IMG/VR virus record: IMGVR_UViG_3300008085_000051
Location: 1 to 45,712 of that record
Length of the DNA stretch: 45,712 nt
Strand: one strand, 5' to 3'
Source: a virus
Taxonomy: Duplodnaviria > Caudoviricetes
The translations under genes were made by a program, and so were the position numbers. The notes under the pieces are model-generated. The model had not been told where the DNA came from. It saw only the letters and a list, made by a program, of their open reading frames with translations, and ran no database searches. Below are positions 19,214-28,098 of the stretch, one piece after another; the stretch's first letter is position 1, and each line of letters opens with the position of its first letter.

Positions 19214-20221
19214 ATGGCAATAAGGAATAGTAAATTAGGGGGTAGTAATTTTGTAGATGGTGAGGTATTATATGATTACGATTTAGATGATACGAATAAT
19301 GCTATTATAGATAGCAATGCAATCCTAGCAGAAATTGGATATAAATCTCAACAAGCAACAGGATGGACTAATGGCGGAAGTATAGTAACAGAGAAATTCA
19401 CAACTCCATCTGGATTACAATCAACAGTAGATACCAATATAATAGATGATATTTCTGCAGACACAACTTATTTGCCTGCAGGTTGGGCCAATCCAAATGA
19501 TGCCTTTGATACAAGTGATTCAACTTTAGCATCATATGCGTTATTTGATAACTATACATTAATAACTACATTAGGTAAAACTTTTGCATCAAGATTTGTG
19601 AAATATATAAAAGTTAAATGTTCATTTAATCTCACCATTCCTTCAACTTCTACAAGTTATATTAGATTATATGTTAATTATGGCGCAGGTTTTGTATTGT
19701 ACCAAACATTATTTAGTAATTCTAGCATTTTAACTGGTTCTACTGATGTCTTGCTTAATTTTAATAATACAATAACAGGATTATATATAACTATTGGGAC
19801 TTTTGGCAATTCTTCTGTAACTAATCATTCCCATCATATAAATTCATTATTATATGGAGATATTACAAGTACGGGAGAGTTTGTTACCAACTATTATAAA
19901 TGTGCTGGTGGGGTGGGAGCTTATACTAATTCAACTGTAATTTCAAGTTTAAATACAACCGATATAAATAGCTCAACTAATGCTTTTTGTGTACATGCAG
20001 AAAGTGATATACCTGCTGGAACTAATATTGACGCAGTTATAAGTAATCCCTCAGATGGAACTTTTATAACTTTACCTATTGATTCAGTTACTGGCAAATC
20101 AAATGTTATTGCAAAAGGATTAGTTGGGAATACAGATAACTTAACGTTAACATTTAATCTTAACACAACAGATGTTAATTTAACCCCCAAATTATATGGA
20201 TGGGGATTGATAAAATTATAA
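19214..20221 (+). CDS. Virion structural/tail protein
   Basis: 335 aa, T/S/N-rich and beta-rich; C-terminal TPKLYGW. Confidence 0.6.
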   Translation: MAIRNSKLGGSNFVDGEVLYDYDLDDTNNAIIDSNAILAEIGYKSQQATGWTNGGSIVTEKFTTPSGLQSTVDTNIIDDISADTTYLPAGWANPNDAFDTSDSTLASYALFDNYTLITTLGKTFASRFVKYIKVKCSFNLTIPSTSTSYIRLYVNYGAGFVLYQTLFSNSSILTGSTDVLLNFNNTITGLYITIGTFGNSSVTNHSHHINSLLYGDITSTGEFVTNYYKCAGGVGAYTNSTVISSLNTTDINSSTNAFCVHAESDIPAGTNIDAVISNPSDGTFITLPIDSVTGKSNVIAKGLVGNTDNLTLTFNLNTTDVNLTPKLYGWGLIKL

Positions 20222-20222
20222 A

Positions 20223-20528
20223 ATGGCAACTAATAATAAATATAATAAAATCGTGAATGAAATATTCAAAGGAGATTTAGGGGCTGAGAGTCAAATTCAA
20301 AATGATTCTATTCTTGCTTTAATGTTAAGACAAGATGCAATTGTAGCTTCAATGACTACAACACAGAAAACCAAATATGATGGACTGATATTACCATATT
20401 TAGGGTTCACTGATAGAGTTAAAGAAGAGGCTATTAATAATTATTTAGCTAAAATGAATTTATTAGGAAAACCTAATGTTTTTGACAATATAGAAAAAAC
20501 TATTATTGATACAAATGAAACGAAATAA
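20223..20528 (+). CDS. Hypothetical protein
   Basis: 101-aa ORF, tightly packed. Confidence 0.7.
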   Translation: MATNNKYNKIVNEIFKGDLGAESQIQNDSILALMLRQDAIVASMTTTQKTKYDGLILPYLGFTDRVKEEAINNYLAKMNLLGKPNVFDNIEKTIIDTNETK

Positions 20529-20889
20529 ATTAATATTAACGCCTGCGGGTTTCAAGACTTGGGGGCTAGTGGAAGATTTCACAGAGAATACTAAAATAGG
20601 TACAATTACTGTACCTAAAAGTACAATTACTGATCTTGCGAGTGTGCCAAGATTACTTTGGTGGATAATTCCCCCTTTTGGTAGATACTCTCAAGCTGCG
20701 GTAATACATGATTATTTATGTGTAAATTCTAATATTTGTGATAGAAAGACTGCTGATGAAATATTTTATGATTTAATGATTAAATACAAAACATATAAAT
20801 GGAAAGCTAAATTAATGTATTGTGGAGTAAGAGTTAGAGCATATTATAGAGCGACAACTAAATATATTAAAAACATTTTTAAAAAATAG
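20515..20889 (+). CDS. DUF1353 family protein
   Basis: VPK..TDLASVPR..W..PPFG.YS.AAVIHDYL...ADEIF signature; ATG at 20515 preferred over the track's start. Confidence 0.85.
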   Translation: MKRNKLILTPAGFKTWGLVEDFTENTKIGTITVPKSTITDLASVPRLLWWIIPPFGRYSQAAVIHDYLCVNSNICDRKTADEIFYDLMIKYKTYKWKAKLMYCGVRVRAYYRATTKYIKNIFKK

Positions 20890-20902
20890 AAAGATTTATA
20901 AA
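20889..20902 (+). promoter_or_regulatory. BRE+TATA promoter
   Basis: gaaagaTTTATAAA; ATG at 20928 at 33 nt. Confidence 0.75.
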
Positions 20903-20927
20903 GAGATTTAGTTAATAAATCCTTTTT

Positions 20928-21464
20928 ATGGTTAATAAAAGAGTTTATACATCAGAAAATCTTATGGATAAATCTGGTGCAACAGTAATTATGGAATTAG
21001 AACACCATAAAATCCATGAGGGAGAACATTTTACTTGTCAAGATTACGATTCTAGTGTTGATATAATTTCACCCAAAAAATGGTTATATGTTCTTAACGG
21101 AGATAATTTAATACATTTTATTTTTGAATTAAACGTATCTAAACCAGGTTTAATAGAATTCTTTGAAAGTCCGACCGTTACAGATAATGGAACTTTATTA
21201 GGATGTCATAATAATAATAGATATTCGAGTAATAATAGTACTTTAGAATGTTATTCTGACCCTACAACTACTGATGACGGGACAAGATTATTAGTTAATG
21301 TTGTTGGGACAGATGGAAATACTCCAAATGGTGGTTCAGGTGGAGCTACTAAAAGAGATAATGAATTTCTTTTACATAAAGATAAAACTTATATGATAAA
21401 ATATACTACTAAAATTAATGATACTAGAGTTAATTGTTGTGTAGAACATTATGAAGTTGATTAA
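20928..21464 (+). CDS. Hypothetical (probably virion-associated) protein
   Basis: 178 aa; HHKIHEG and NNNR motifs; own promoter. Confidence 0.7.
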   Translation: MVNKRVYTSENLMDKSGATVIMELEHHKIHEGEHFTCQDYDSSVDIISPKKWLYVLNGDNLIHFIFELNVSKPGLIEFFESPTVTDNGTLLGCHNNNRYSSNNSTLECYSDPTTTDDGTRLLVNVVGTDGNTPNGGSGGATKRDNEFLLHKDKTYMIKYTTKINDTRVNCCVEHYEVD

Positions 21465-21476
21465 ATATCATTTAAA

Positions 21477-21734
21477 ATGGTTAAAGTAGAATGGGAGAGT
21501 TGTCCGACAGGGCGTAAAGTAGAAATTAATATGGCAAAATTAACTAACGATGTAGGACATATAAAGAATAGTGTAGAATCTATTTTAAAGAAATTTGATG
21601 AATTTGATGATAAATATGCACGAAAAGAAGATGTACAGAGAATAAAAAATAGAATAAACCAATCAGTTGGAAGTATAATATTTATATTTTTAGGAATTAT
21701 TGGTTTTTTATTAAGAGATATATTCTTTAAGTGA
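21477..21734 (+). CDS. Coiled-coil plus C-terminal TM protein (holin-like candidate)
   Basis: C-terminal SIIFIFLGIIGFLL helix; end of the structural module. Confidence 0.5.
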   Translation: MVKVEWESCPTGRKVEINMAKLTNDVGHIKNSVESILKKFDEFDDKYARKEDVQRIKNRINQSVGSIIFIFLGIIGFLLRDIFFK

Positions 21735-21791
21735 TAAATACTTCACACTTTATCATACTTTATAAAAGAAATTAGTTAATAAATATTAATT

Positions 21792-22604
21792 ATGGTTGAT
21801 GAAACTAAAAAGCTAAATTCTAAACTAGAAGAAAAACTATTGATGTTATCAAATAGTGAACAACAAAGCCTATTAAAACAAATGGTTGGTGTTGATACAA
21901 GTATTGTGCCTACACATAAACACGAATTTTCAGGAAAGAATGCTAGAATAGGTGTGATTTCTGATACACATATAGGTTCTAAATATTTTAATCAAGAATT
22001 ATTTGATAGAATTATTAAGTATTTTGAGAAAAAGAAAGTTGATGCTATATATCATGCAGGAGATATTCTTGAGGGTATGAGTGGTAGACCTGGACACATC
22101 TATGAATTAGATGCAATAGGTTTATCGGCACAATTAGATTTAGCTACTAAAATATTTAAACAAACCAGTTTACCTATTTATGGAATTACAGGTAATCATG
22201 ATGATTGGTTTAGACAAAAAGCAGACATTGGTGCAGATGTGGGTGAAATGTTAGAACAAAGAATATCTAATTTTAAACATTTAGGATTAAATGAAGCTGA
22301 CGTTATATTAAATGGACATAAAATTAAATTAATGCACCCAGGTAAAGGTACGGCTTATGCTATAAGTTATCAAGGGCAGAAGTTAGTTGAATCTTTTGAT
22401 ACAACAGATAAACCTGATATTGTTTTAAATGGACATTATCATAAAGCTTTGTTCATGAATTTAAGGGATATTAATTATTTTGAAGCTGGAACATTACAAA
22501 ATCAATCAGGTTGGATGAGAAGTAAAAACATTCCAGCCCACACGGGTGCGTGGTTATTAGATTTATATAGAGATAAGAGGATAGGTGTAGAGTTTATTAA
22601 GTAA
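21792..22604 (+). CDS. Calcineurin-like metallophosphoesterase
   Basis: SDTH, AGD, GNHD, HPG and GHYH motifs; TTTATAAA at 21759 is 33 nt upstream. Confidence 0.92.
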   Translation: MVDETKKLNSKLEEKLLMLSNSEQQSLLKQMVGVDTSIVPTHKHEFSGKNARIGVISDTHIGSKYFNQELFDRIIKYFEKKKVDAIYHAGDILEGMSGRPGHIYELDAIGLSAQLDLATKIFKQTSLPIYGITGNHDDWFRQKADIGADVGEMLEQRISNFKHLGLNEADVILNGHKIKLMHPGKGTAYAISYQGQKLVESFDTTDKPDIVLNGHYHKALFMNLRDINYFEAGTLQNQSGWMRSKNIPAHTGAWLLDLYRDKRIGVEFIK

Positions 22605-22624
22605 TTCTGCCTATCTAACTCCCT

Positions 22625-23005
22625 TTATTTTGAGACTTTTTTCATTTTGTGAGTATTAGGATTACTTTGTATATAAAGTCTATCAGATTCTTCTAATTTC
22701 TCACAAGCAACACACCCAACAGTGTGATAATAATGTTCTCCAAAATCAGAGTTATCCATTTTAGGACAAATACAATTAGGTAATAACCAAGATTGATGTT
22801 TAAGTTTATTTAATTTAAATTTCCAAAGACCTTGTAAAACATAATTTATATCTCTCCATTTGTAAAGTAAATCTAAATATTCTTTTGAATTTATATCTGT
22901 TGCTTTTAATAAATCTATTATTTCATCTCTTTTTTTATGTAAAGACTTAATGTTAATTATTGCAACTTTTTTAAGTCCTTGTTTTTTAGCTAATTGTAAG
23001 TTCAT
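22625..23005 (-). CDS. Hypothetical Cys/His-rich protein
   Basis: CICPKMDN...CVAC; overlaps the ligase stop (ATGA). Confidence 0.75.
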   Translation of the reverse strand: MNLQLAKKQGLKKVAIINIKSLHKKRDEIIDLLKATDINSKEYLDLLYKWRDINYVLQGLWKFKLNKLKHQSWLLPNCICPKMDNSDFGEHYYHTVGCVACEKLEESDRLYIQSNPNTHKMKKVSK

Positions 23006-24921
23006 AGTATACCCTCTTGACTTAATTGTAATTTTATTAACCTTTCACATTCTTTTCGTATTGTTTGTAAATTAGGGTTTTGTTTCTTTAAAAGTTTTTT
23101 GAATTCTTCAGTACAAATATCATAACACACATTATAACTTAAAATTGGTATCCATCCAGGTTTAACTGTATCATTCTTGGCATTCTCTAATTGTTTAATA
23201 TGTTTATTAATTCTTGCTTGGTTACAGAACTTATGAGCAAATCCTGACTCAAAATCATTAATTTCACCAAATACTTCTTTATTCTCTTCTTTGAATTTCT
23301 CTGTGACTATCTTGGCTACGTGCCTATTTCCAAAACTATCTCTGCTAAATTCAAAAGGTTTTATTACAACACCTTCTGCTTGAAAGTTCCCATATTTACT
23401 ATTTGGTATTTCTTGATTCCAGCATTTATAATAACCTTGAAAAATAATAGGTGCTAATTCGCAACCTAAATGTTTAGATATCTCTTGAATAACATTAATA
23501 AATAAATATTTATCTTCTTCAATATCATAAATATCAATTAGTATTGCTTTTGGGTGTTTATCAAAGTCATAAGGTAAAGTGTGTTTCATCATACCCTCAA
23601 AATAATAAATATTCCCTTTAACAAAGAAACAAGTATTTAAAGATTTTATGTATTCGACTACTTCTGTAAAGTTTCCATAACTACAATTAGGATCTGATTC
23701 AGGTAAAAACTCTACAGTTCTACTACCAAACCTAAGTTCGTTATTTTCATCTCTCCAAACTCTGAAATTAGAATTATGGACTTGGACGCCTTTTACAAAA
23801 TAGTTATGATTGTCTGCAACTTCTAAATCATATCTTGGGCTTTTTTTATTATTTATCTTTTTGATAGAAATTATTTTACATACTTTAGGTAATATTTCAC
23901 AATCTAAACTTAATATTTCTTTATGATATTCAATAGGTATTTTATATTTCATTGAATCTATGATATAATCATTAATTATTTCAAATAATTTTTTTGTTCC
24001 ATTTTTTGTTAAATCAATTTGCCAACCTTTATAATTATGCTGTGTTGATTCTATATTATATTTATGTAATAAAACTTCTCTTAAGATGAAAACTTCGTGT
24101 TCAGTAAATCCTTGTGTATGAAATTTAGCTCTAGGTTTTTGAGTATCACTAAATCCTGTACTTCCATCATCCATAAACCAAACTGCTAGTGCTAATGGAG
24201 TTAAATACTCTTCTACTCCAACATTCGGGATTTTTTTCTTACCATTTTTATACATAAATTCAAATTCTTTAAAAACCTCATTACTTTTACTATGTATTCT
24301 ATATTTTTCAGTGAAATTATATTCTTTTGAATATTGTGATTTATAATATTCTTCATAGTCACATAATTCACCTAAAATATCTTTTTTCCATTTAAGATAT
24401 TTTTCTTGTTTAATTGAATGTGTTTCTGAAAACATTGGATTACAAGATTTATTCATATTTCTAAATGAACCATCTCCCAATATACTCCCAAATAAAATAC
24501 TTTTTTGAGTATCATTCAAATTTATTTTATTAGAGATTAATTTATCATTATGGTTTAAATCTTTAACCTGTTTTATTCCATTATTTGTAAAAACATTATG
24601 ATTATCTGTAACAATCAAATATCTTTCTTTACCAAAATAATCATATTTTAGTTTAACCCAGTTATCAGAAGGGGTGTGTTTATAATATTGTGTTATTGGT
24701 TTAAAAGATTTATTTCCATTTTCATCCATAGATAACGCCTTTACATCCATCTTACCATTCACTATTCTACCTATTGCAATCATACCTTTATCTGTTTGAA
24801 CTTTCATACCATAATCAAAACAACCATCTATTTTCTCTGGAATATATACTATTTCATCATCTTTAAATGTAGAACCTTCATCTTTATTAATTCTCCTTAT
24901 TTTATCAAATTTATGTACCAT
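23002..24921 (-). CDS. ATP-dependent RNA ligase (Rnl2-like) containing an intein
   Basis: Spliced motif I EKIDG|SNFR; FGSR; YFEG; IDI; AEGVVIKP; AKIVTEKFKE. Confidence 0.88.
   Translation of the reverse strand: MVHKFDKIRRINKDEGSTFKDDEIVYIPEKIDGCFDYGMKVQTDKGMIAIGRIVNGKMDVKALSMDENGNKSFKPITQYYKHTPSDNWVKLKYDYFGKERYLIVTDNHNVFTNNGIKQVKDLNHNDKLISNKINLNDTQKSILFGSILGDGSFRNMNKSCNPMFSETHSIKQEKYLKWKKDILGELCDYEEYYKSQYSKEYNFTEKYRIHSKSNEVFKEFEFMYKNGKKKIPNVGVEEYLTPLALAVWFMDDGSTGFSDTQKPRAKFHTQGFTEHEVFILREVLLHKYNIESTQHNYKGWQIDLTKNGTKKLFEIINDYIIDSMKYKIPIEYHKEILSLDCEILPKVCKIISIKKINNKKSPRYDLEVADNHNYFVKGVQVHNSNFRVWRDENNELRFGSRTVEFLPESDPNCSYGNFTEVVEYIKSLNTCFFVKGNIYYFEGMMKHTLPYDFDKHPKAILIDIYDIEEDKYLFINVIQEISKHLGCELAPIIFQGYYKCWNQEIPNSKYGNFQAEGVVIKPFEFSRDSFGNRHVAKIVTEKFKEENKEVFGEINDFESGFAHKFCNQARINKHIKQLENAKNDTVKPGWIPILSYNVCYDICTEEFKKLLKKQNPNLQTIRKECERLIKLQLSQEGIL
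23773..24822 (-). mobile_element. Intein (350 aa) with LAGLIDADG homing endonuclease
   Basis: Begins CFD; block B VTDNH; LFGSILGDG and LAVWFMDDG; ends YDLEVADNHNYFVKGVQVHN followed by Ser. Confidence 0.93.
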
Positions 24922-25118
24922 TATAATTCCCTCATAGCAAGTTTCTTAACCCACTCAAACCTTTTCTCGTAATCTTGTTCAGTATCATTAGGTTTCATTG
25001 AAACTGTGTACTCAACACCAGTACCTCTTTTTCCCATTTTATCAGGTTTTCCTACAGAAACCGTTATCTTAGCTAGTTTCTCATCAAGGACTTTTGATTC
25101 ATAATTTTCTGTTGTCAT
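24921..25118 (-). CDS. Hypothetical protein
   Basis: 65-aa ORF coupled to the ligase start. Confidence 0.7.
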   Translation of the reverse strand: MTTENYESKVLDEKLAKITVSVGKPDKMGKRGTGVEYTVSMKPNDTEQDYEKRFEWVKKLAMREL

Positions 25119-25324
25119 ATTTCTTTTAGTTACATAGTTGTTACATATATAACATAGGTATTACTTAAGTACTTATTAAGGAACATAAGTAATACTTATG
25201 TTAAGTTACATAGACATTACTTAGTTATAATATATGTCCCTTTAAAAAGTACCTATGTCATACTTAAGTATTGCCTATGTTACACTTATGTTTTATAGTA
25301 GTATTATATACTAATAGTTTGTAA

Positions 25325-25374
25325 TTTATAAACCTTTTGGTTAAAAAACTCAATCAAATGAAAAGATTTATAAA
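25325..25374. promoter_or_regulatory. Divergent pair of BRE+TATA promoters
   Basis: Minus strand ccaaaaggTTTATAAA (25340-25325); plus strand gaaaagaTTTATAAA (25360-25374), ATG at 25400 at 33 nt. Confidence 0.8.
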
Positions 25375-25399
25375 TACTAGTGTATTAATACTTTGTACA

Positions 25400-25978
25400 A
25401 TGGGAATTGAAATAAAAGAACCAACGCAAGAAGGATACAATCACACATTAGATGTGAGAGGGTTAGCACAAGGAGATTATATTATCTTAAGTGTAGATGG
25501 ATTTAGAGAAGATAATGGTAAAGTTATGACTTATGGTAAATTTGGAAGTATTTTAGCATTCGTTGATGTATTTGAATATAGTTTTTTTAATGTTGATGAA
25601 AGAAAAGTAGTAGATGTTAAATTATCTCAACCAATTAGATGTAGTTATTTTATGTCTGAAGCAATTTATAATAAAATTATTGAATCTAAAATTGAGAAAG
25701 GGAATGCAATTAAAATTGAAATGGTAGCTACAAAAACAGCAGGAAGAACAACATATAATATTAAAAAATATGATTTTAGTTTAACTAAAGAAGATAAAGC
25801 TGATTATATTAGTAAAGACGATACCACAGTAGAAGATGTAATGTTTGAAGAAATTAATTTAGAAGATTTAAAAGAACAAATTGAGAAATTTAGAATTGCT
25901 AAATTTAAAGATGAAGAAATTATGGTTTTCTTAAAAGGTAAGTTTTCAGAAAGGTTGATTAAGGAGAATTTAAAATGA
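25400..25978 (+). CDS. Hypothetical protein, possibly OB-fold ssDNA-binding
   Basis: Start moved to ATG 25400 from promoter spacing; beta-rich N-terminus (GKFG, GRTTYNI) and acidic linker; function is a guess. Confidence 0.55.
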   Translation: MGIEIKEPTQEGYNHTLDVRGLAQGDYIILSVDGFREDNGKVMTYGKFGSILAFVDVFEYSFFNVDERKVVDVKLSQPIRCSYFMSEAIYNKIIESKIEKGNAIKIEMVATKTAGRTTYNIKKYDFSLTKEDKADYISKDDTTVEDVMFEEINLEDLKEQIEKFRIAKFKDEEIMVFLKGKFSERLIKENLK

Positions 25979-26238
25979 AACTTTGGCAATTAAACACATT
26001 ATTTGGGTTAATTGTAGTGATTTTAGGTATTTTATTAGGTAATTATATACATAATTATGAGGTAGAAAAATGTAACAATCCTTACATGGATGTAGATTAC
26101 ACTGTAAGTCAATGTTATAGTCCTTTATATAAACCTATTAATAATTTAATTGAACAAGTTATCCTTAGTTTTATTATATGTTTAGTACTATTAACAATGC
26201 CATATCTAATTTCACTAGATAAAATACTTGACTTATAA
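25975..26238 (+). CDS. Membrane protein (2 TM)
   Basis: Two hydrophobic helices flanking a Cys-containing loop. Confidence 0.7.
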   Translation: MKLWQLNTLFGLIVVILGILLGNYIHNYEVEKCNNPYMDVDYTVSQCYSPLYKPINNLIEQVILSFIICLVLLTMPYLISLDKILDL

Positions 26239-26428
26239 AATGGACACTTGGAAATTAAAGACTGTAATGAATAATGGAGAGATTAGTGAAGTATTTACTA
26301 ACTTTCCTGAATTAGAAGAACGAGGATTTAAAAATGTTTTAGAAACAGAAGAGGTTGTTTTTATGTATAATCCTTATTATAAAAATGTAGATGCATTTTA
26401 TATAGACAAAACAGAAAATGAAAATTAA
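26239..26428 (+). CDS. Hypothetical protein (start approximate)
   Basis: Short acidic ORF, MDTWKLKT... Confidence 0.55.
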
Positions 26429-26705
26429 ATTAGATAGAGATTTTAGGGAAGAATTTAGAAAGAAGTTAGGGTATGGTTCAGATGTAGTAATTAACTTTAC
26501 TTTAGACCATACTAGAAAAACTACATTTATTTCGGAATACCGCATATATATAAAAAGTTTTTGGAGTAATAAGTATTTTAAATCAGTAAAAACTAGTACA
26601 AAAGAAATAACAGATATCATGAAATTAAAAGATTATATTTTGTCAGATAATACAGAGGACATATTTGATACTTGTTTAATACATAAAAATGACGCAATGG
26701 ATTAA
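26418..26705 (+). CDS. Hypothetical protein
   Basis: 95-aa ORF overlapping its neighbours. Confidence 0.65.
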   Translation: MKIKLDRDFREEFRKKLGYGSDVVINFTLDHTRKTTFISEYRIYIKSFWSNKYFKSVKTSTKEITDIMKLKDYILSDNTEDIFDTCLIHKNDAMD

Positions 26706-26949
26706 TTCAAACTTACTAGTGGAAGAAGGCAGTGTCGCAGTTATGGGACAGAAGTTCATCTTTCAGAATGGTACTTGGATGCCACACTCTAAAGCTTGGT
26801 GTAAAATAGAAGGTAATGAAAAAGTAATCAACCAAAAACGTAGGGTAGCATCTGAGAAAAAGAAACAGAAAGTGGAATCAGTTAAACAACAAACAACTGA
26901 GAAGATTAAAGAAAAAAACACTATTAAGTTAGATAGTTTTGAGTTATAA
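26689..26949 (+). CDS. Hypothetical protein
   Basis: 86-aa ORF. Confidence 0.65.
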   Translation: MTQWINSNLLVEEGSVAVMGQKFIFQNGTWMPHSKAWCKIEGNEKVINQKRRVASEKKKQKVESVKQQTTEKIKEKNTIKLDSFEL

Positions 26950-27175
26950 AATGGGACATAATGTGGATTTAATTGAGATGTATGGTTTAGAACCTGAACA
27001 CGAATGTCCTAAATGTCATAATAAAACAAATCAATCCTTAGAAGAGTATGATATTGATTGTGGTAATGTGTTTTTAGGAAATGGGGTTATAAACTTAAGT
27101 TTTTATTGCGACATTTGCGAGAACGAATGGGAACATAGATTTAAAGTTAAAGTGGAGATATTAACAAATGAGTGA
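26939..27175 (+). CDS. Zn-ribbon-like protein
   Basis: CPKC and CDIC pairs. Confidence 0.7.
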   Translation: MSYKMGHNVDLIEMYGLEPEHECPKCHNKTNQSLEEYDIDCGNVFLGNGVINLSFYCDICENEWEHRFKVKVEILTNE

Positions 27176-28097
27176 TGCAGATAAAAAACAAAAAATTCCT
27201 TTAAAAATATTACAAAAAAGTGATACTGAAATCAGTCTCCAAGATGTATATGGTGGGAAAGAATTTAAGACAAAGTTAGAAGATATTATATTACCTATGC
27301 AAAATAATATGGTTTATGCGTGTATGGGTGTAGATATTCCTAAAAGTTTTTTATTTTATGGTCCCCCTGGAACTGGTAAGACTTACACAGCTACAGCAAT
27401 TGGACAAAGCTTAGCTAACCAAACCGAGAAAAAGGTAGGATTTATGAAATATGACATTGGAACTATGGGGACAGCATATATTAATATGGGTTCTGTTAAT
27501 ATGCAATATTTTTTTGATTCAGGAAAAGCAATATTAGAACAAGTCCCGGACATAGAACATATAATTTATTTTTTTGATGAAATTGATTCTTTATTAAGTC
27601 ATAGAGGTAGTATTAATCAAAGTAAAGAGGATAATAAATTATGTGAAACTTTTATGAAGAACTTACAATATATTAATGATAGAGGAGAGAATGAAATTAT
27701 TATTGGTGCTACAAACTTTTTAGATGGACTAGATACGGCGAGTATTAGGTCAGGAAGATTCAACGAGAAATTAGAGTTCAAGTTACCTGATGAAGAACAT
27801 AGAACCGCTTTGATTTCTAATTATTTGGAAGCACAAAACAAAAGAGTTGGATATAAGGTGTTTAGGAAATATAATGTAGAAGAATTAGTTTCAATTAGTA
27901 ATAACTTTAATTGCGCCGACGTAGATTTATGTATTAAAAATAGTCTAAAAGAGAAAATTAGGCAAGAGTTGAGAAATAAACCTAAAGGAATAATTCCTGC
28001 TTGGTATGTAACGCAAAAAGGTTTGAAAGAAGAGTTTGAAAAACTAAAATTATCTAAATCTCCTTCTAAAAAAAGAATAGGTTTCATGGTGGATTAA
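27168..28097 (+). CDS. Classical-clade AAA+ ATPase (CDC48/PAN/FtsH-like single domain)
   Basis: FYGPPGTGKT, FFDEIDS, IGATN and SIRSGRF; C-terminal RIGF. Confidence 0.92.
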   Translation: MSDADKKQKIPLKILQKSDTEISLQDVYGGKEFKTKLEDIILPMQNNMVYACMGVDIPKSFLFYGPPGTGKTYTATAIGQSLANQTEKKVGFMKYDIGTMGTAYINMGSVNMQYFFDSGKAILEQVPDIEHIIYFFDEIDSLLSHRGSINQSKEDNKLCETFMKNLQYINDRGENEIIIGATNFLDGLDTASIRSGRFNEKLEFKLPDEEHRTALISNYLEAQNKRVGYKVFRKYNVEELVSISNNFNCADVDLCIKNSLKEKIRQELRNKPKGIIPAWYVTQKGLKEEFEKLKLSKSPSKKRIGFMVD

Positions 28098-28098
28098 A

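Noticed and set aside
15782-20221. Diversity-generating retroelement targeting tail genes
   Set aside because: No reverse transcriptase and no adenine-specific TR/VR pair seen; the LamG similarity is an old domain duplication
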